Shown: positions 15,614 through 24,615 of the stretch, in pieces | How the letters are laid out: each line of letters begins with the position of its first letter | How positions within the stretch are numbered: position 1 is the first letter of the stretch | Assembly: GCA_028709785.1 (NCBI GenBank) | Contig: JAQUTK010000001.1 | Location: forward strand, 147,845-211,844 | Length of the DNA stretch: 64,000 bases | From: Bacteroidales bacterium | GTDB lineage: Bacteria > Bacteroidota > Bacteroidia > Bacteroidales > JAQUTK01 | Direction of reading: 5' to 3' | The notes under the pieces: generated by a model | What the model was told of the DNA's origin: nothing | The model's input: only the letters and a program-made list of their open reading frames with translations | Database searches by the model: none | Translations under genes and position numbers: made by a program

Positions 15614-17908
15614 ATGAGAATACGGGTACTAATAGTCTTGCTATGTTTGTGTTTATTCATCCCTCTGAGTGCCCAGAAGGTTGGTCTTGTATTGAGTGGG
15701 GGTGGCGCAAAAGGTATAGCTCATATTGGTATGATCAAAGCCTTGGAAGATAATGATATTCCGATTGATTATATCACCGGTACCTCGATGGGAGCCATTG
15801 TTGGAGGTTTGTATGCCGCTGGTTACTCACCGGATGAGATGATGACACTGATCAAGTCCGAAGATTTTCAAAACTGGATGTCAGGGAAGGTGGAGGATCG
15901 TTTTCAGTACTATTTCAGGAAGGAGAATCCTACTCCGGAGATGTTTAATCTTAGTATTTGGCTGAAAGATTCTTTATCTTCCAACAAAAACTTTTTGCTT
16001 CCGGCCAATCTCATCAATCCACGTCAAATGAACATCGTTTTTACGCAACTGTTCGGGCCGGCAAGTGCTTCCTGTGATTATGACTTTGATTATCTGATGG
16101 TACCCTTCCGGTGTGTCGCTTCCGATGTATATGAACGTCAGCCAATCATCTGTAAGAAAGGGGATTTGGGCGATGCGATCCGCGCGTCGATGACTTTCCC
16201 TTTTGTTTTTAAACCCATTAAACTTAATGGTGTTCTTGCTTATGATGGTGGAATTTTCGATAATTTTCCTGTTAGTACGATGATGAAAGATTTTAATCCT
16301 GACTATATTATTGGTAGTAAGGTTGCTTCAGGACGTTTAGCTGCCGATGAACGGGATATTATCGGGCAAATGGAAAACATGGTGATGGACAAAACAGACT
16401 ATTCTGTCCCCAAAGATAAAGGGCTTTTGCTCTCCTTTGAACTTCGCGATGTCAATTTGCTCGATTTTGGCAAAGCGGACTCCATATACAAGTTAGGCTA
16501 TGATAAAGCGATGGGACTATTGGATTCCATCCAACGGAATGTCTCCAGGAGAGTCCCTCTGGCGGATCTGAAAGAGAGACGCAAGCACTTTAAGAGTCAG
16601 CAACCGGAGTTGACCTTTAACAGAATTATTATTAAAGGAGTAACTCCCTTGCAAAAAGAATATATAAAGAATGAACTACCAGCAGAGGGACGTGCATTTA
16701 CATACGAAGAGTTTAAACAATCGTATTTCAGACTGCTTTCAAATCCCAAGATCTCCGAAATTATTCCGCATGCCGTTTATAATTATTACGACAGATCCTA
16801 TGATCTATACTTGGATTTTAAGGTCGAAGATAAGCTTCAATTGTCTTTTGGAGGGCTTATCTCATCTCAGAATTTTAATGAGATATACCTAGGGGCCACC
16901 TATCAGAGTCTGGCTCCACTCTCTCATACCTATGCAATGGATTTGCAACTTGGAAAGACCTATAATAGTGTTTCGCTTCGTAGTCGCACAGATATTCCAT
17001 CTTTAGGTATACCTATGTCGCTTCATGTAATATCAGCATTCAGTGGACGTCGGTATTACGAAGGAGAGAAAATATTTGATTTCCGTGATAATACAGCCTT
17101 TATCTCGCAGAAAGATTACTATTTGAAACTGAAGCTAGGTTTTCCTTTCCGTACAAAAGGGAAAGTTGAATTAGGATTGGGCTATGGTGCGCAGATTGAT
17201 GATTATTATCAGTCCACATTAAGTTCATCAGCAAAGAGATCTCTTGATAAAAGTCACTATAATCTGGCTGTAGGATCTGTCTTTTTTGATAGTAATACAT
17301 TGAACAATAGTCAGTATCCCACAAAAGGGCGACGTACCAATCTGTTGACTCAAATTGTTTGGGGAACAGAATACTATTTCAAGAATGGCTCAGGAGTCAG
17401 TGCTGACCGGGCAAACCTAGCCTATCTTCAGTTTACTGCAAATTATGAATATTACAAACGTGTCGGTTCTCATTTTGTGTTAGGTAATTCAGTAGATCTT
17501 GCATTTTCTTCATCCAGGTTTCTTAATAATTATACTTCAACGATTATTGCTTCTCCCTCTTTTACCCCTACACCTCATAGTAAGATGATCTTTAATGAAG
17601 CCTTTCGTGCTAATCAATTTGCAGCTGCCGGTATCAAACCGATCTGGCGTTTTAATGACAATTTCCATCTCAGAAGTGAGTTTTATGCCTTTTTGCCTTA
17701 CAAGGAGATAAAAAGTGACGCCAATTCTCATGCTTATTATGGGAAAGATTTCCGTACAATAAAGTGGATGGGAGAGTTAAGTGCTGTCGCTCAGTTTTCA
17801 AAGGTATGTCTTAGTGCCTATCTAAATTATTATAGATCGCCTGTAAGTAGCTGGAATGTAGGATTTAATATTGGATACCTCCTTTTTACACCTAAACTTG
17901 TAGAATAA
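15614..17908 (+). CDS. patatin-like phospholipase fused to a POTRA-like region and C-terminal outer-membrane beta-barrel (PlpD/type Vd-like architecture)
   Basis: The preferred start is ATG 15614 (MRIRVLIVLLCLCLFIPLSA signal peptide). Patatin motifs GLVLSGGGAKG, GTSMGA (nucleophile elbow) and DGG. The C-terminal ~400 aa are rich in alternating beta-strand patterns and end ...WNVGFNIGYLLF(TPKLVE). Confidence 0.75.
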   Translation: MRIRVLIVLLCLCLFIPLSAQKVGLVLSGGGAKGIAHIGMIKALEDNDIPIDYITGTSMGAIVGGLYAAGYSPDEMMTLIKSEDFQNWMSGKVEDRFQYYFRKENPTPEMFNLSIWLKDSLSSNKNFLLPANLINPRQMNIVFTQLFGPASASCDYDFDYLMVPFRCVASDVYERQPIICKKGDLGDAIRASMTFPFVFKPIKLNGVLAYDGGIFDNFPVSTMMKDFNPDYIIGSKVASGRLAADERDIIGQMENMVMDKTDYSVPKDKGLLLSFELRDVNLLDFGKADSIYKLGYDKAMGLLDSIQRNVSRRVPLADLKERRKHFKSQQPELTFNRIIIKGVTPLQKEYIKNELPAEGRAFTYEEFKQSYFRLLSNPKISEIIPHAVYNYYDRSYDLYLDFKVEDKLQLSFGGLISSQNFNEIYLGATYQSLAPLSHTYAMDLQLGKTYNSVSLRSRTDIPSLGIPMSLHVISAFSGRRYYEGEKIFDFRDNTAFISQKDYYLKLKLGFPFRTKGKVELGLGYGAQIDDYYQSTLSSSAKRSLDKSHYNLAVGSVFFDSNTLNNSQYPTKGRRTNLLTQIVWGTEYYFKNGSGVSADRANLAYLQFTANYEYYKRVGSHFVLGNSVDLAFSSSRFLNNYTSTIIASPSFTPTPHSKMIFNEAFRANQFAAAGIKPIWRFNDNFHLRSEFYAFLPYKEIKSDANSHAYYGKDFRTIKWMGELSAVAQFSKVCLSAYLNYYRSPVSSWNVGFNIGYLLFTPKLVE

Positions 17909-17956
17909 ATTGGATAAAAAACGGTACTGGAACTTGCAGGATTAAAAAAAACGGCT

Positions 17957-17964
17957 TACCTTTG
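17957..17964 (+). promoter_or_regulatory. -7 promoter box TACCTTTG upstream of tRNA-Arg
   Basis: TAnnTTTG match 19 nt upstream of the mature tRNA 5' end. Confidence 0.5.
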
Positions 17965-17982
17965 CATCGCATTTAAGGAAAT

Positions 17983-18056
17983 GGCTGCGTAGCTCAACTG
18001 AATAGAGTAGCTGACTACGGATCAGCCGGTTGTGGGTTTGAATCCCTCCGCAGTCA
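17983..18056 (+). tRNA. tRNA-Arg (anticodon ACG)
   Basis: Hand-folded cloverleaf. Acceptor GGCTGCG/CGCAGTC (one G-U). D stem GCTC/GAGT. Anticodon stem GCTGA/TCAGC with loop CTACGGA (ACG). T stem GTGGG/CCCTC (one U-U). T loop TTTGAAT. Discriminator A; CCA is not encoded. 74 nt. Confidence 0.8.
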
Positions 18057-18060
18057 CAAA

Positions 18061-18090
18061 AGAGCAGAACGGAAGTTCTGCTCTTTTCCT
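18061..18090 (+). terminator. rho-independent terminator 1 after tRNA-Arg
   Basis: 10-bp perfect stem AGAGCAGAAC / GTTCTGCTCT, loop GGAA, then TTTTCCTTTTTT. Confidence 0.8.
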
Positions 18091-18095
18091 TTTTT

Positions 18096-18127
18096 AGGTA
18101 TTTTCCATGAAAATACCTCCCTTTTTT
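18096..18127 (+). terminator. rho-independent terminator 2 (tandem)
   Basis: 9-bp stem AGGTATTTT / AAAATACCT, loop CCATG, then CCCTTTTTTG. Confidence 0.65.
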
Positions 18128-18267
18128 GTTAAAAGAGCCCTGTTATATCGATAGATTCAAATAGTTGTTTAACTTTGAAACACAAATGTAACCTCCGTGT
18201 CTGTTTTCTGTAATATAAATGACGTTCCTTTGTAAAAAAATAAAGAGAAACTAATTCGCACGTCAAG

Positions 18268-20505
18268 ATGGAAACATTCTATTTAATCATTGTTGTGATC
18301 CTTTTTATGCTTGCTATCTTCGATCTGATCGTCGGTGTAAGTAATGATGCTGTTAATTTCCTGAATTCCGCAATAGGAGCAAAGGCAGCTTCTTTTAAAA
18401 CAATAATGGTTATTGCGGCATTAGGTATTTTTGTTGGTGCGACTTTCTCAAACGGGATGATGGACATAGCACGGCATGGGATATATCAACCGGAATATTT
18501 TTATTTTGAAGAGATTATGTGCATCTTGTTGGCTGTGATGCTGACGGACGTTGTGTTGCTTGATTTCTTTAATTCTTTGGGTCTTCCAACATCGACCACA
18601 GTCTCCATGGTTTTTGAATTGCTAGGTGGCACTTTTGCGCTAGCATTACTTAAAACCACAAACGATCCCTCTCTGGATATGAGTCAGCTGATTAATACGG
18701 ATAAAGCATTGTCTGTCATTATGGCTATTTTCGTCTCCGTTGCCATTGCTTTCTTTTTCGGGTTAGTGGTGCAATATATTTCCCGTATGATCTTTTCTTT
18801 TAGTTATCAGAAGAAACTGAAGTATTTTATCGGTGTATTTGGTGGATTTTCAGCAACCGCTATTATTTATTACATGTTTTTGAAAGGACTCAAAGATGCC
18901 ACCTTTATCACTTCAGAGGCTAAGTTGTGGGTCAATGGTCATATCAGTATTCTTGTTCCTTTGTTTTTTATTGCATCAACACTTTTAATGCAGATGTTGC
19001 ATTGGATGAAAGTGAATGTCTTCCGCATTATCGTGTTTCTTGGCACGTTTGCTCTGGCTTTAGCGTTTGCAGGCAATGATTTGGTTAACTTTATCGGTGT
19101 TCCTTTGGCCGGATATTCTTCTTATCTAGACTTTATCAATACTCCGGGCGCAACTCCTGATACGCTGCTGATGACTTCCTTAACAGGTTCGGCAAATACT
19201 CCCTGGTATTTTTTGGTTGGTGCGGGAGTAATCATGGTGGTAACTTTGGTTCGTTCAAAAAAGGCTCAAGCGGTTGTGAAAACTTCTGTCGATCTTTCCC
19301 GCCAGGATGAAGGAGAAGAATCGTTCGGTAGTACACCCATGGCTCGTTCGTTGGTACGTGTAGGTCTCTTGTTTTCAGGCAATGTCAATAAGATCGTTCC
19401 TGAGTCAGCCAAACAATGGATTGAAACGCGTTTCCGAAAAGAAGATGCTATTCTTGCCAATGGAGCTGCTTTTGACCTGGTGCGTGCGTCGGTCAATCTG
19501 GTTCTCGCAGGTTCTTTGATAGCACTTGGTACATCTTTAAAGTTACCCCTTTCCACCACCTATGTTACCTTTATGGTTGCTATGGGAACCTCGTTAGCTG
19601 ACCGTGCATGGTCACGCGATTCAGCTGTTTACCGTATTACCGGCGTGTTAAGTGTTATAGGTGGATGGTTTATCACTGCGGGAGCGGCGTTTACCATCTG
19701 TATGATTTTCACTGCAATTATACATTATGGTGGTGCAGTTGCTATTTTTGTTATGATTTTTATTGCGGTTTTCTTATTGGTACGCAGTCAGATAATTTAT
19801 AAAAAGAAAAATCAGAAAGAGAAAAATAGTATGCTACAGCATAAAGAGCTTTTCTCTAATACCACCAAAGATCCATTGACCGTTTTTCGTGAGTATACAT
19901 ACCAGCAGATTGACAAACTGATGGGGGTCTCTATAGAGACTTTTGACCTTACCATATCCTCCTTCATTAAAGATAATCTGAGAGGTCTTCGTCAGGCCTC
20001 CGGCAAGATAAAGTTTGCCAAGCAACACATGAAACAGGTAAGACGTGTGGGAACAGTTGCGGTAAGTAATATGGAGAATAGCGTGACTTTTGAGAAAGGT
20101 CTGTTCTATCAGCAAGGAAGTAGTTTTGCAACAGAGGTACTATATAGTATATCCCGTATTTGCGAACCTTGCTACGAACATGTTGATAATAACTTTACAC
20201 CTCTTCGTGATCAGCAAAAGGATGAATTGAAGGGAGTTTCCGATCAAATTCTTGCGTTGATGAAACAAGGACGTGAAATTATGTTCGCAAAAAACTATGA
20301 CCATTTTGATGACTATCAGATGGCTGCCGAATCCTTAAATAAGCAGTTGGGAGCTTTGCGACGTGAAGAGCTAACCCGTATCAGACAGCAGAAAGACAGT
20401 ATAAAAATGAGTATGGTCTATCTGACTACTATTCAGGAACTACAAAGTATGGTTAGTAATCTAACCAATTTGTTGAAAGTTTGTAAGAGGTTTCAGGACT
20501 TATAA
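18268..20505 (+). CDS. inorganic phosphate transporter (PiT/PHO4 family) with a long C-terminal cytoplasmic helical domain
   Basis: 745 aa. It has the N-terminal PiT signature GVSNDAVNFLNSAIGA and a second half-repeat AGNDLVNFIGVPLAG, with multiple TM segments up to about aa 510. A ~230-aa soluble helical tail follows. Confidence 0.75.
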   Translation: METFYLIIVVILFMLAIFDLIVGVSNDAVNFLNSAIGAKAASFKTIMVIAALGIFVGATFSNGMMDIARHGIYQPEYFYFEEIMCILLAVMLTDVVLLDFFNSLGLPTSTTVSMVFELLGGTFALALLKTTNDPSLDMSQLINTDKALSVIMAIFVSVAIAFFFGLVVQYISRMIFSFSYQKKLKYFIGVFGGFSATAIIYYMFLKGLKDATFITSEAKLWVNGHISILVPLFFIASTLLMQMLHWMKVNVFRIIVFLGTFALALAFAGNDLVNFIGVPLAGYSSYLDFINTPGATPDTLLMTSLTGSANTPWYFLVGAGVIMVVTLVRSKKAQAVVKTSVDLSRQDEGEESFGSTPMARSLVRVGLLFSGNVNKIVPESAKQWIETRFRKEDAILANGAAFDLVRASVNLVLAGSLIALGTSLKLPLSTTYVTFMVAMGTSLADRAWSRDSAVYRITGVLSVIGGWFITAGAAFTICMIFTAIIHYGGAVAIFVMIFIAVFLLVRSQIIYKKKNQKEKNSMLQHKELFSNTTKDPLTVFREYTYQQIDKLMGVSIETFDLTISSFIKDNLRGLRQASGKIKFAKQHMKQVRRVGTVAVSNMENSVTFEKGLFYQQGSSFATEVLYSISRICEPCYEHVDNNFTPLRDQQKDELKGVSDQILALMKQGREIMFAKNYDHFDDYQMAAESLNKQLGALRREELTRIRQQKDSIKMSMVYLTTIQELQSMVSNLTNLLKVCKRFQDL

Positions 20506-20583
20506 GAGTAATTCTTTGAGATAAAACGGGTTTATAATGCTTTGAGATTGATGTCTAATGCTCTCACAAAAGAAATAACAACT

Positions 20584-21273
20584 ATGGAAAAGAACCGGAT
20601 TTTAGTCGTTGATGATGAAGAAGATCTCTGTGAGATACTGAAATTCAATCTCGATAATGAGGGGTATGAGGTTGACACTGCCAACTCAGCAGAAGAGGCT
20701 CTGAAACTGAATCTCTCGCAGTACCAATTATTGTTACTGGATATCATGATGGGAGATATTTCCGGATTTAAGATGGCTAGTCTTTTGAAGAAAAATAAAG
20801 AAACCTCCTCCATCCCCATCATTTTTATTTCAGCCAAAGATACCGAAAATGATGTTCTTACCGGATTCAATGTAGGAGCTGATGACTATATTTCCAAACC
20901 ATTTTCAATTCGTGAGGTGTTATTGCGGGTAAAGGCCGTTTTGAGGCGAACCGTAACAGAGAGCGTCGAACAACCCAGCAACATCTCATACAAGGATCTC
21001 ACCATCGATGTATCCAGTAAGAAAGTGAAGATTGGGAATTCAGAGGTACAGTTAACCCGCAAAGAATTTGAGATTCTGGTACTTTTGTTGCAGAATATCG
21101 GACATGTCTTTTCCCGCGATGAGATCCTTTCCCGTATCTGGAAAGAAGATGTCTATGTCCTTGATCGCACTGTCGATGTCAATATGACGCGCCTTCGTAA
21201 AAAGATCGGCGATTACGGCAAGTGTATTATTACCCGTCTGGGCTATGGCTATTGTTTTGAACCTGAACTTTAA
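20584..21273 (+). CDS. OmpR/PhoB-family response regulator
   Basis: The preferred start is ATG 20584 (MEKNRILVVDDEEDL). Receiver domain (DD...D...K) plus a winged-helix output (LTRKEFEILVLL..., VDVNMTRLRKKI, GYGYCF). Confidence 0.85.
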   Translation: MEKNRILVVDDEEDLCEILKFNLDNEGYEVDTANSAEEALKLNLSQYQLLLLDIMMGDISGFKMASLLKKNKETSSIPIIFISAKDTENDVLTGFNVGADDYISKPFSIREVLLRVKAVLRRTVTESVEQPSNISYKDLTIDVSSKKVKIGNSEVQLTRKEFEILVLLLQNIGHVFSRDEILSRIWKEDVYVLDRTVDVNMTRLRKKIGDYGKCIITRLGYGYCFEPEL

Positions 21274-21284
21274 TCCTCTAAAAT

Positions 21285-22748
21285 ATGAGTAGCAGGATCT
21301 CATTTGCACAAAGATTATTTATAAGCATCTTTTCCTTGTTTGTAATCTTTGCTTCCTGTGTCCTGATTTATCAGTATTTTCGTGAAAAAGAGTATAAGAT
21401 CGGGGTATTGAACACCAAACTCCAGGACTACAATGAGCAGATTTACGAAGTGCTTGGTGACTCAATTGTTGATCTTGAATCGACTCTTACTACCTATATT
21501 GCCGAGCATCACTTGCCCGATTTGCGATTTACCCTATTAACCGTGGATGGAAATGTCATTTATGATAATCTGGTCAAACGATATGATTCCATTCCCAATC
21601 ATATCTCCCGACCGGAAATCAGACAAGCCCTTCGTGAGCGTACCGGTTATGATGTGCGTCGCTTGTCGGAAACAGTAGGTATTCCCTTCTTTTACTCGGC
21701 TTCCTACTATCCCGGCAAATATATTTTGAGAAGTGCACTTCCCTATTCCACCTCGTTGAGGAATATGCTTGAACCCGACAAACATTTTCTGATTGTGATC
21801 TGTATCTTTATTGTTTGTATCGGTATTGTTTTCTGGAAGCAAACCGACCGCATTGGAAAGTCTGTTGTCAGACTCCGCGAATTTGCCCGCAAGGCAGATC
21901 GTAATGAACCCATTGATGAGGATGTCTATTATTCATTTCCTAAAAACGAACTCGGCGATATCTCAAAGCATATCATCCAACTTTACAAACATCTGGTGGA
22001 GACGAAAGAGGAACTAGTCAACGAACAAGAAATTCTGATTGCCCAGAAGGAAGATCAGGCCCGGATCAAACGTCAGTTGACACAAAACATCGCCCACGAA
22101 CTCAAAACTCCCGTGACCAGTATTCAAGGCTATCTGGAGACCATCATCTCGAATGCAGATCTTTCAGAGGAGAAACGTACCATGTTCATTGAACGGAGTT
22201 ATGCACAAAGTAACCGGTTGACTCGATTATTAAAAGACATCTCTATACTTTCAAGTCTGGATGACGCATCCGAGTTGTTTGATATGGATCAGGTGGATGT
22301 CAATTCAATCATCCAAACAGTCATTGACGAGGTCTCCCTGCAACTGGAAGAGAAAAAGATCAGTTTGAAGTTGCACCTGCTTGAGTCAACCGTTATCAAG
22401 GGCAATTCATCGCTCATCTATTCTATTTTCCGCAATCTCATTGATAACGCGATGGCTTATGCCGGCAGAGGCATTACGATTACGATACGCTGTTTTCATG
22501 AAGACAACAGATACTACTATTTCAGCTTTACCGATACCGGAGTAGGTGTTGCTCCCGAACATCTTGAGCGCCTTTTTGAACGGTTCTATCGGGTAGATAA
22601 AGGACGCTCGCGCAAGTTGGGCGGAACAGGCCTGGGTTTGGCGATCGTCAAAAATGGTGTCGTATTACATGGAGGAACCATCTCCGCAAAGAATGTCGCC
22701 AGTGGAGGCTTGGAATTTATTTTTACGTTGGCGAAGGAAAAACCTTGA
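21285..22748 (+). CDS. sensor histidine kinase
   Basis: Two TM segments. HisKA H-box NIAHELKTPVTSIQGY. HATPase N, G1 and G2 boxes (NLIDNAMAY, DTGVGV, GGTGLGLAIV). There is an 11-nt gap after the response regulator. Confidence 0.85.
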   Translation: MSSRISFAQRLFISIFSLFVIFASCVLIYQYFREKEYKIGVLNTKLQDYNEQIYEVLGDSIVDLESTLTTYIAEHHLPDLRFTLLTVDGNVIYDNLVKRYDSIPNHISRPEIRQALRERTGYDVRRLSETVGIPFFYSASYYPGKYILRSALPYSTSLRNMLEPDKHFLIVICIFIVCIGIVFWKQTDRIGKSVVRLREFARKADRNEPIDEDVYYSFPKNELGDISKHIIQLYKHLVETKEELVNEQEILIAQKEDQARIKRQLTQNIAHELKTPVTSIQGYLETIISNADLSEEKRTMFIERSYAQSNRLTRLLKDISILSSLDDASELFDMDQVDVNSIIQTVIDEVSLQLEEKKISLKLHLLESTVIKGNSSLIYSIFRNLIDNAMAYAGRGITITIRCFHEDNRYYYFSFTDTGVGVAPEHLERLFERFYRVDKGRSRKLGGTGLGLAIVKNGVVLHGGTISAKNVASGGLEFIFTLAKEKP

Positions 22749-22783
22749 AACAGGAAACTTCTGATCCCCTCTCTTAGAAGAGA

Positions 22784-23953
22784 TTATTTTCTTAGCGTGA
22801 TCACGGTAATTTCCGGCCGGGCGCCGATCCGCATGGGGAAACCGATGATACCCAGTCCGACATTTACATACAGCGATTGGTTTCCTTCGCTGTACATACC
22901 CTGCCACTCCGGATACATAAAGACAGCAGGCGAATAGCCCGCCACAGATATTTGCCAGGCATGCGTATGTCCGGAAAGCGACAGTTCAATATCCGTCTGC
23001 GGAAGCACCTCTTCCCGCCAGTGTTTCGGATTGTGTGTCAGAAGAATTTTAAAAGGAAACTCTTCAATCCCTTTGATTGCCTCTTTCAGATTACCCCGGC
23101 GAGGGAAACGGAGCTCACCCCAGTTCTCCACACCAATCAATGCGATACTATCACCCCCGTGGTAAATGATTTTGTTTGCGTTGTTCAGCATGTTCCATCC
23201 AAAAGAAGCCTCCTTCTTTTGCAAGGTATCAATATTGGCCTGTTCCTCTTCTTTCGATTTCCAATGCACATACGACCCATAGTCGTGATTTCCCATGATC
23301 GAATAGACTCCGTCTTTTGCTTTTAATTGTTTGTAGATCGCCTCAAAACCCTTCAGTTCTTCAGCTTTCCCATTGATAAGGTCTCCGGTGAAAACGATCA
23401 TGTCGGCATCTTGTTTGTTTACCAGTTCGATTGCTTTCTGAAGTTTATCTTCATAGCCAACCCATCCGCCGGTATGCAAGTCTGATAGCTGGACAATCCG
23501 ATAGCCGTCAAAGTTTGCGGGAAGATCCGGAGAATGGAAATCAACCTCTTGTACTTTAAAATTAGTGCGACCGAGAGTCGCTCCATGCAAGATCATAGCG
23601 GCCAGCAAGATGGACAATGAAAGTCCCATAATCGTAAAAGGCAAGCGCGGAATCTTGAATACACGTCTGAAAGGCCATCCAAACAGCACGATGAAGGTAA
23701 AAAGGAACTTTGGAAGCACAAACAAGAAAAAAGCAACCATGAACCACCCAAAATAGATCATCTGTTTAGGCGACATTTCTGCTCCTTTGAAAAACGGGAA
23801 GAGACACAGTCCCGCAATCAGCAGAAAGGTCGGGATGAAATAGAGCATCTTAACGCCCTTCTTTGCCGCTACTTTATGGATGTATGCCCTGTAGATATAC
23901 ATATCCGGAATGATGATAAGTATAGTCAGCAGGATAGATATTTCAAGAAACAT
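22784..23953 (-). CDS. membrane-anchored metallophosphoesterase (calcineurin-like)
   Basis: N-terminal TM helices followed by SDLH, GDLING, GNHDY, LTHNP, GHTH phosphoesterase motifs. Confidence 0.75.
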   Translation of the reverse strand: MFLEISILLTILIIIPDMYIYRAYIHKVAAKKGVKMLYFIPTFLLIAGLCLFPFFKGAEMSPKQMIYFGWFMVAFFLFVLPKFLFTFIVLFGWPFRRVFKIPRLPFTIMGLSLSILLAAMILHGATLGRTNFKVQEVDFHSPDLPANFDGYRIVQLSDLHTGGWVGYEDKLQKAIELVNKQDADMIVFTGDLINGKAEELKGFEAIYKQLKAKDGVYSIMGNHDYGSYVHWKSKEEEQANIDTLQKKEASFGWNMLNNANKIIYHGGDSIALIGVENWGELRFPRRGNLKEAIKGIEEFPFKILLTHNPKHWREEVLPQTDIELSLSGHTHAWQISVAGYSPAVFMYPEWQGMYSEGNQSLYVNVGLGIIGFPMRIGARPEITVITLRK

Positions 23954-24060
23954 AAAAAGCTTGTTTATAATGTATTAATCGATCGTTACAAAGATAGAAA
24001 ACTCTTTCCGATAACGTCCTATTCAAATTGTTATCATTACTGAATTTGTTGGAGGAGATG

Positions 24061-24093
24061 AAAAAGCCGCACAATCAAAAACTGTGCGGCTTT
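24061..24093 (-). terminator. rho-independent terminator downstream of ssrA
   Basis: 10-bp stem (24064-24073 / 24083-24092). On the minus strand it is followed by TTTTT (complement of 24061-24065). Confidence 0.7.
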
Positions 24094-24101
24094 CATAGAA
24101 G

Positions 24102-24495
24102 TGGAGCTGAGGGGACTTGAACCCCTGTCCAAACGAGGAACTAATTCGCTTTCTACATGCTTATCTTCGCTTAAATTGTCGGGAAAACGCAAGACCGAAG
24201 CCACCATTGTAATCCGTATCCTTTTTATTTCGCTGCGAGACCAAGGCCTTCTCACAACTATCTCCGATATTTCTGCACCACCGGTTCGGACCGCTTCGGA
24301 ACCACAGCATCCGGGTGATGTCCCGTCCCCACACCCGTGCGGGGATTAAGCTTTATCTACTATACTTCGATTAAGCAGCAAGAGCGTAATTTGTTTCGCC
24401 AGTTAATTGTTTGAAGTCTGAGATTATAGTGCAAGCCAACGACGCACTGCATGCTTACAAACCACTTCTGCCCGCTGTCAAAACCAGTCAACCCC
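24102..24495 (-). ncRNA. ssrA: tmRNA (SsrA), tag peptide GETNYALAA
   Basis: The minus-strand 5' end GGGGTTGACTGGTTTTGACAGCGGG pairs with the 3' end ...GGACAGGGGTTCAAGTCCCCTCAGCTCCA, giving an Ala-type acceptor with G3-U70 and a T-arm GGGGTTCAAGTCCCC. The tag ORF GGCGAAACAAATTACGCTCTTGCTGCTTAA lies at 24371-24400. CCA is not encoded. Confidence 0.9.
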
Positions 24496-24519
24496 TAAGC
24501 TTAGTGATATTAAGTGCTG

Positions 24520-24527
24520 CAAAGATA
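24520..24527 (-). promoter_or_regulatory. -7 promoter box TATCTTTG upstream of ssrA
   Basis: The minus strand reads TATCTTTG, 25 nt upstream of the mature tmRNA 5' end. Confidence 0.45.
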
Positions 24528-24560
24528 CGCATAATTTCTGTAATCCGTTGGATTCAAGAC

Positions 24561-24589
24561 AAAAAAAGAGTCGGACGTTGCCGTCCGAC
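24561..24589 (-). terminator. rho-independent terminator after the GH76-like gene
   Basis: 8-bp stem GTCGGACG (24570-24577) / CGTCCGAC (24582-24589). On the minus strand it is followed by CTCTTTTTTT. Confidence 0.7.
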
Positions 24590-24615
24590 CACACCTTTCC
24601 TAAAGTCTGTTTCTC

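Noticed and set aside
15484-15753. An 89-aa ORF, and the 15563 start of the patatin gene.
   Set aside because: It begins inside the htpG terminator and overlaps the patatin gene out of frame. ATG 15614 gives a proper signal peptide.
24061-24495. tmRNA (and tRNA-Arg at 17983) considered as genomic-island integration sites.
   Set aside because: No integrase, no duplicated 3'-end fragment of ssrA or the tRNA, and only ordinary core genes (metallophosphoesterase; PiT transporter) lie downstream of their 3' ends.
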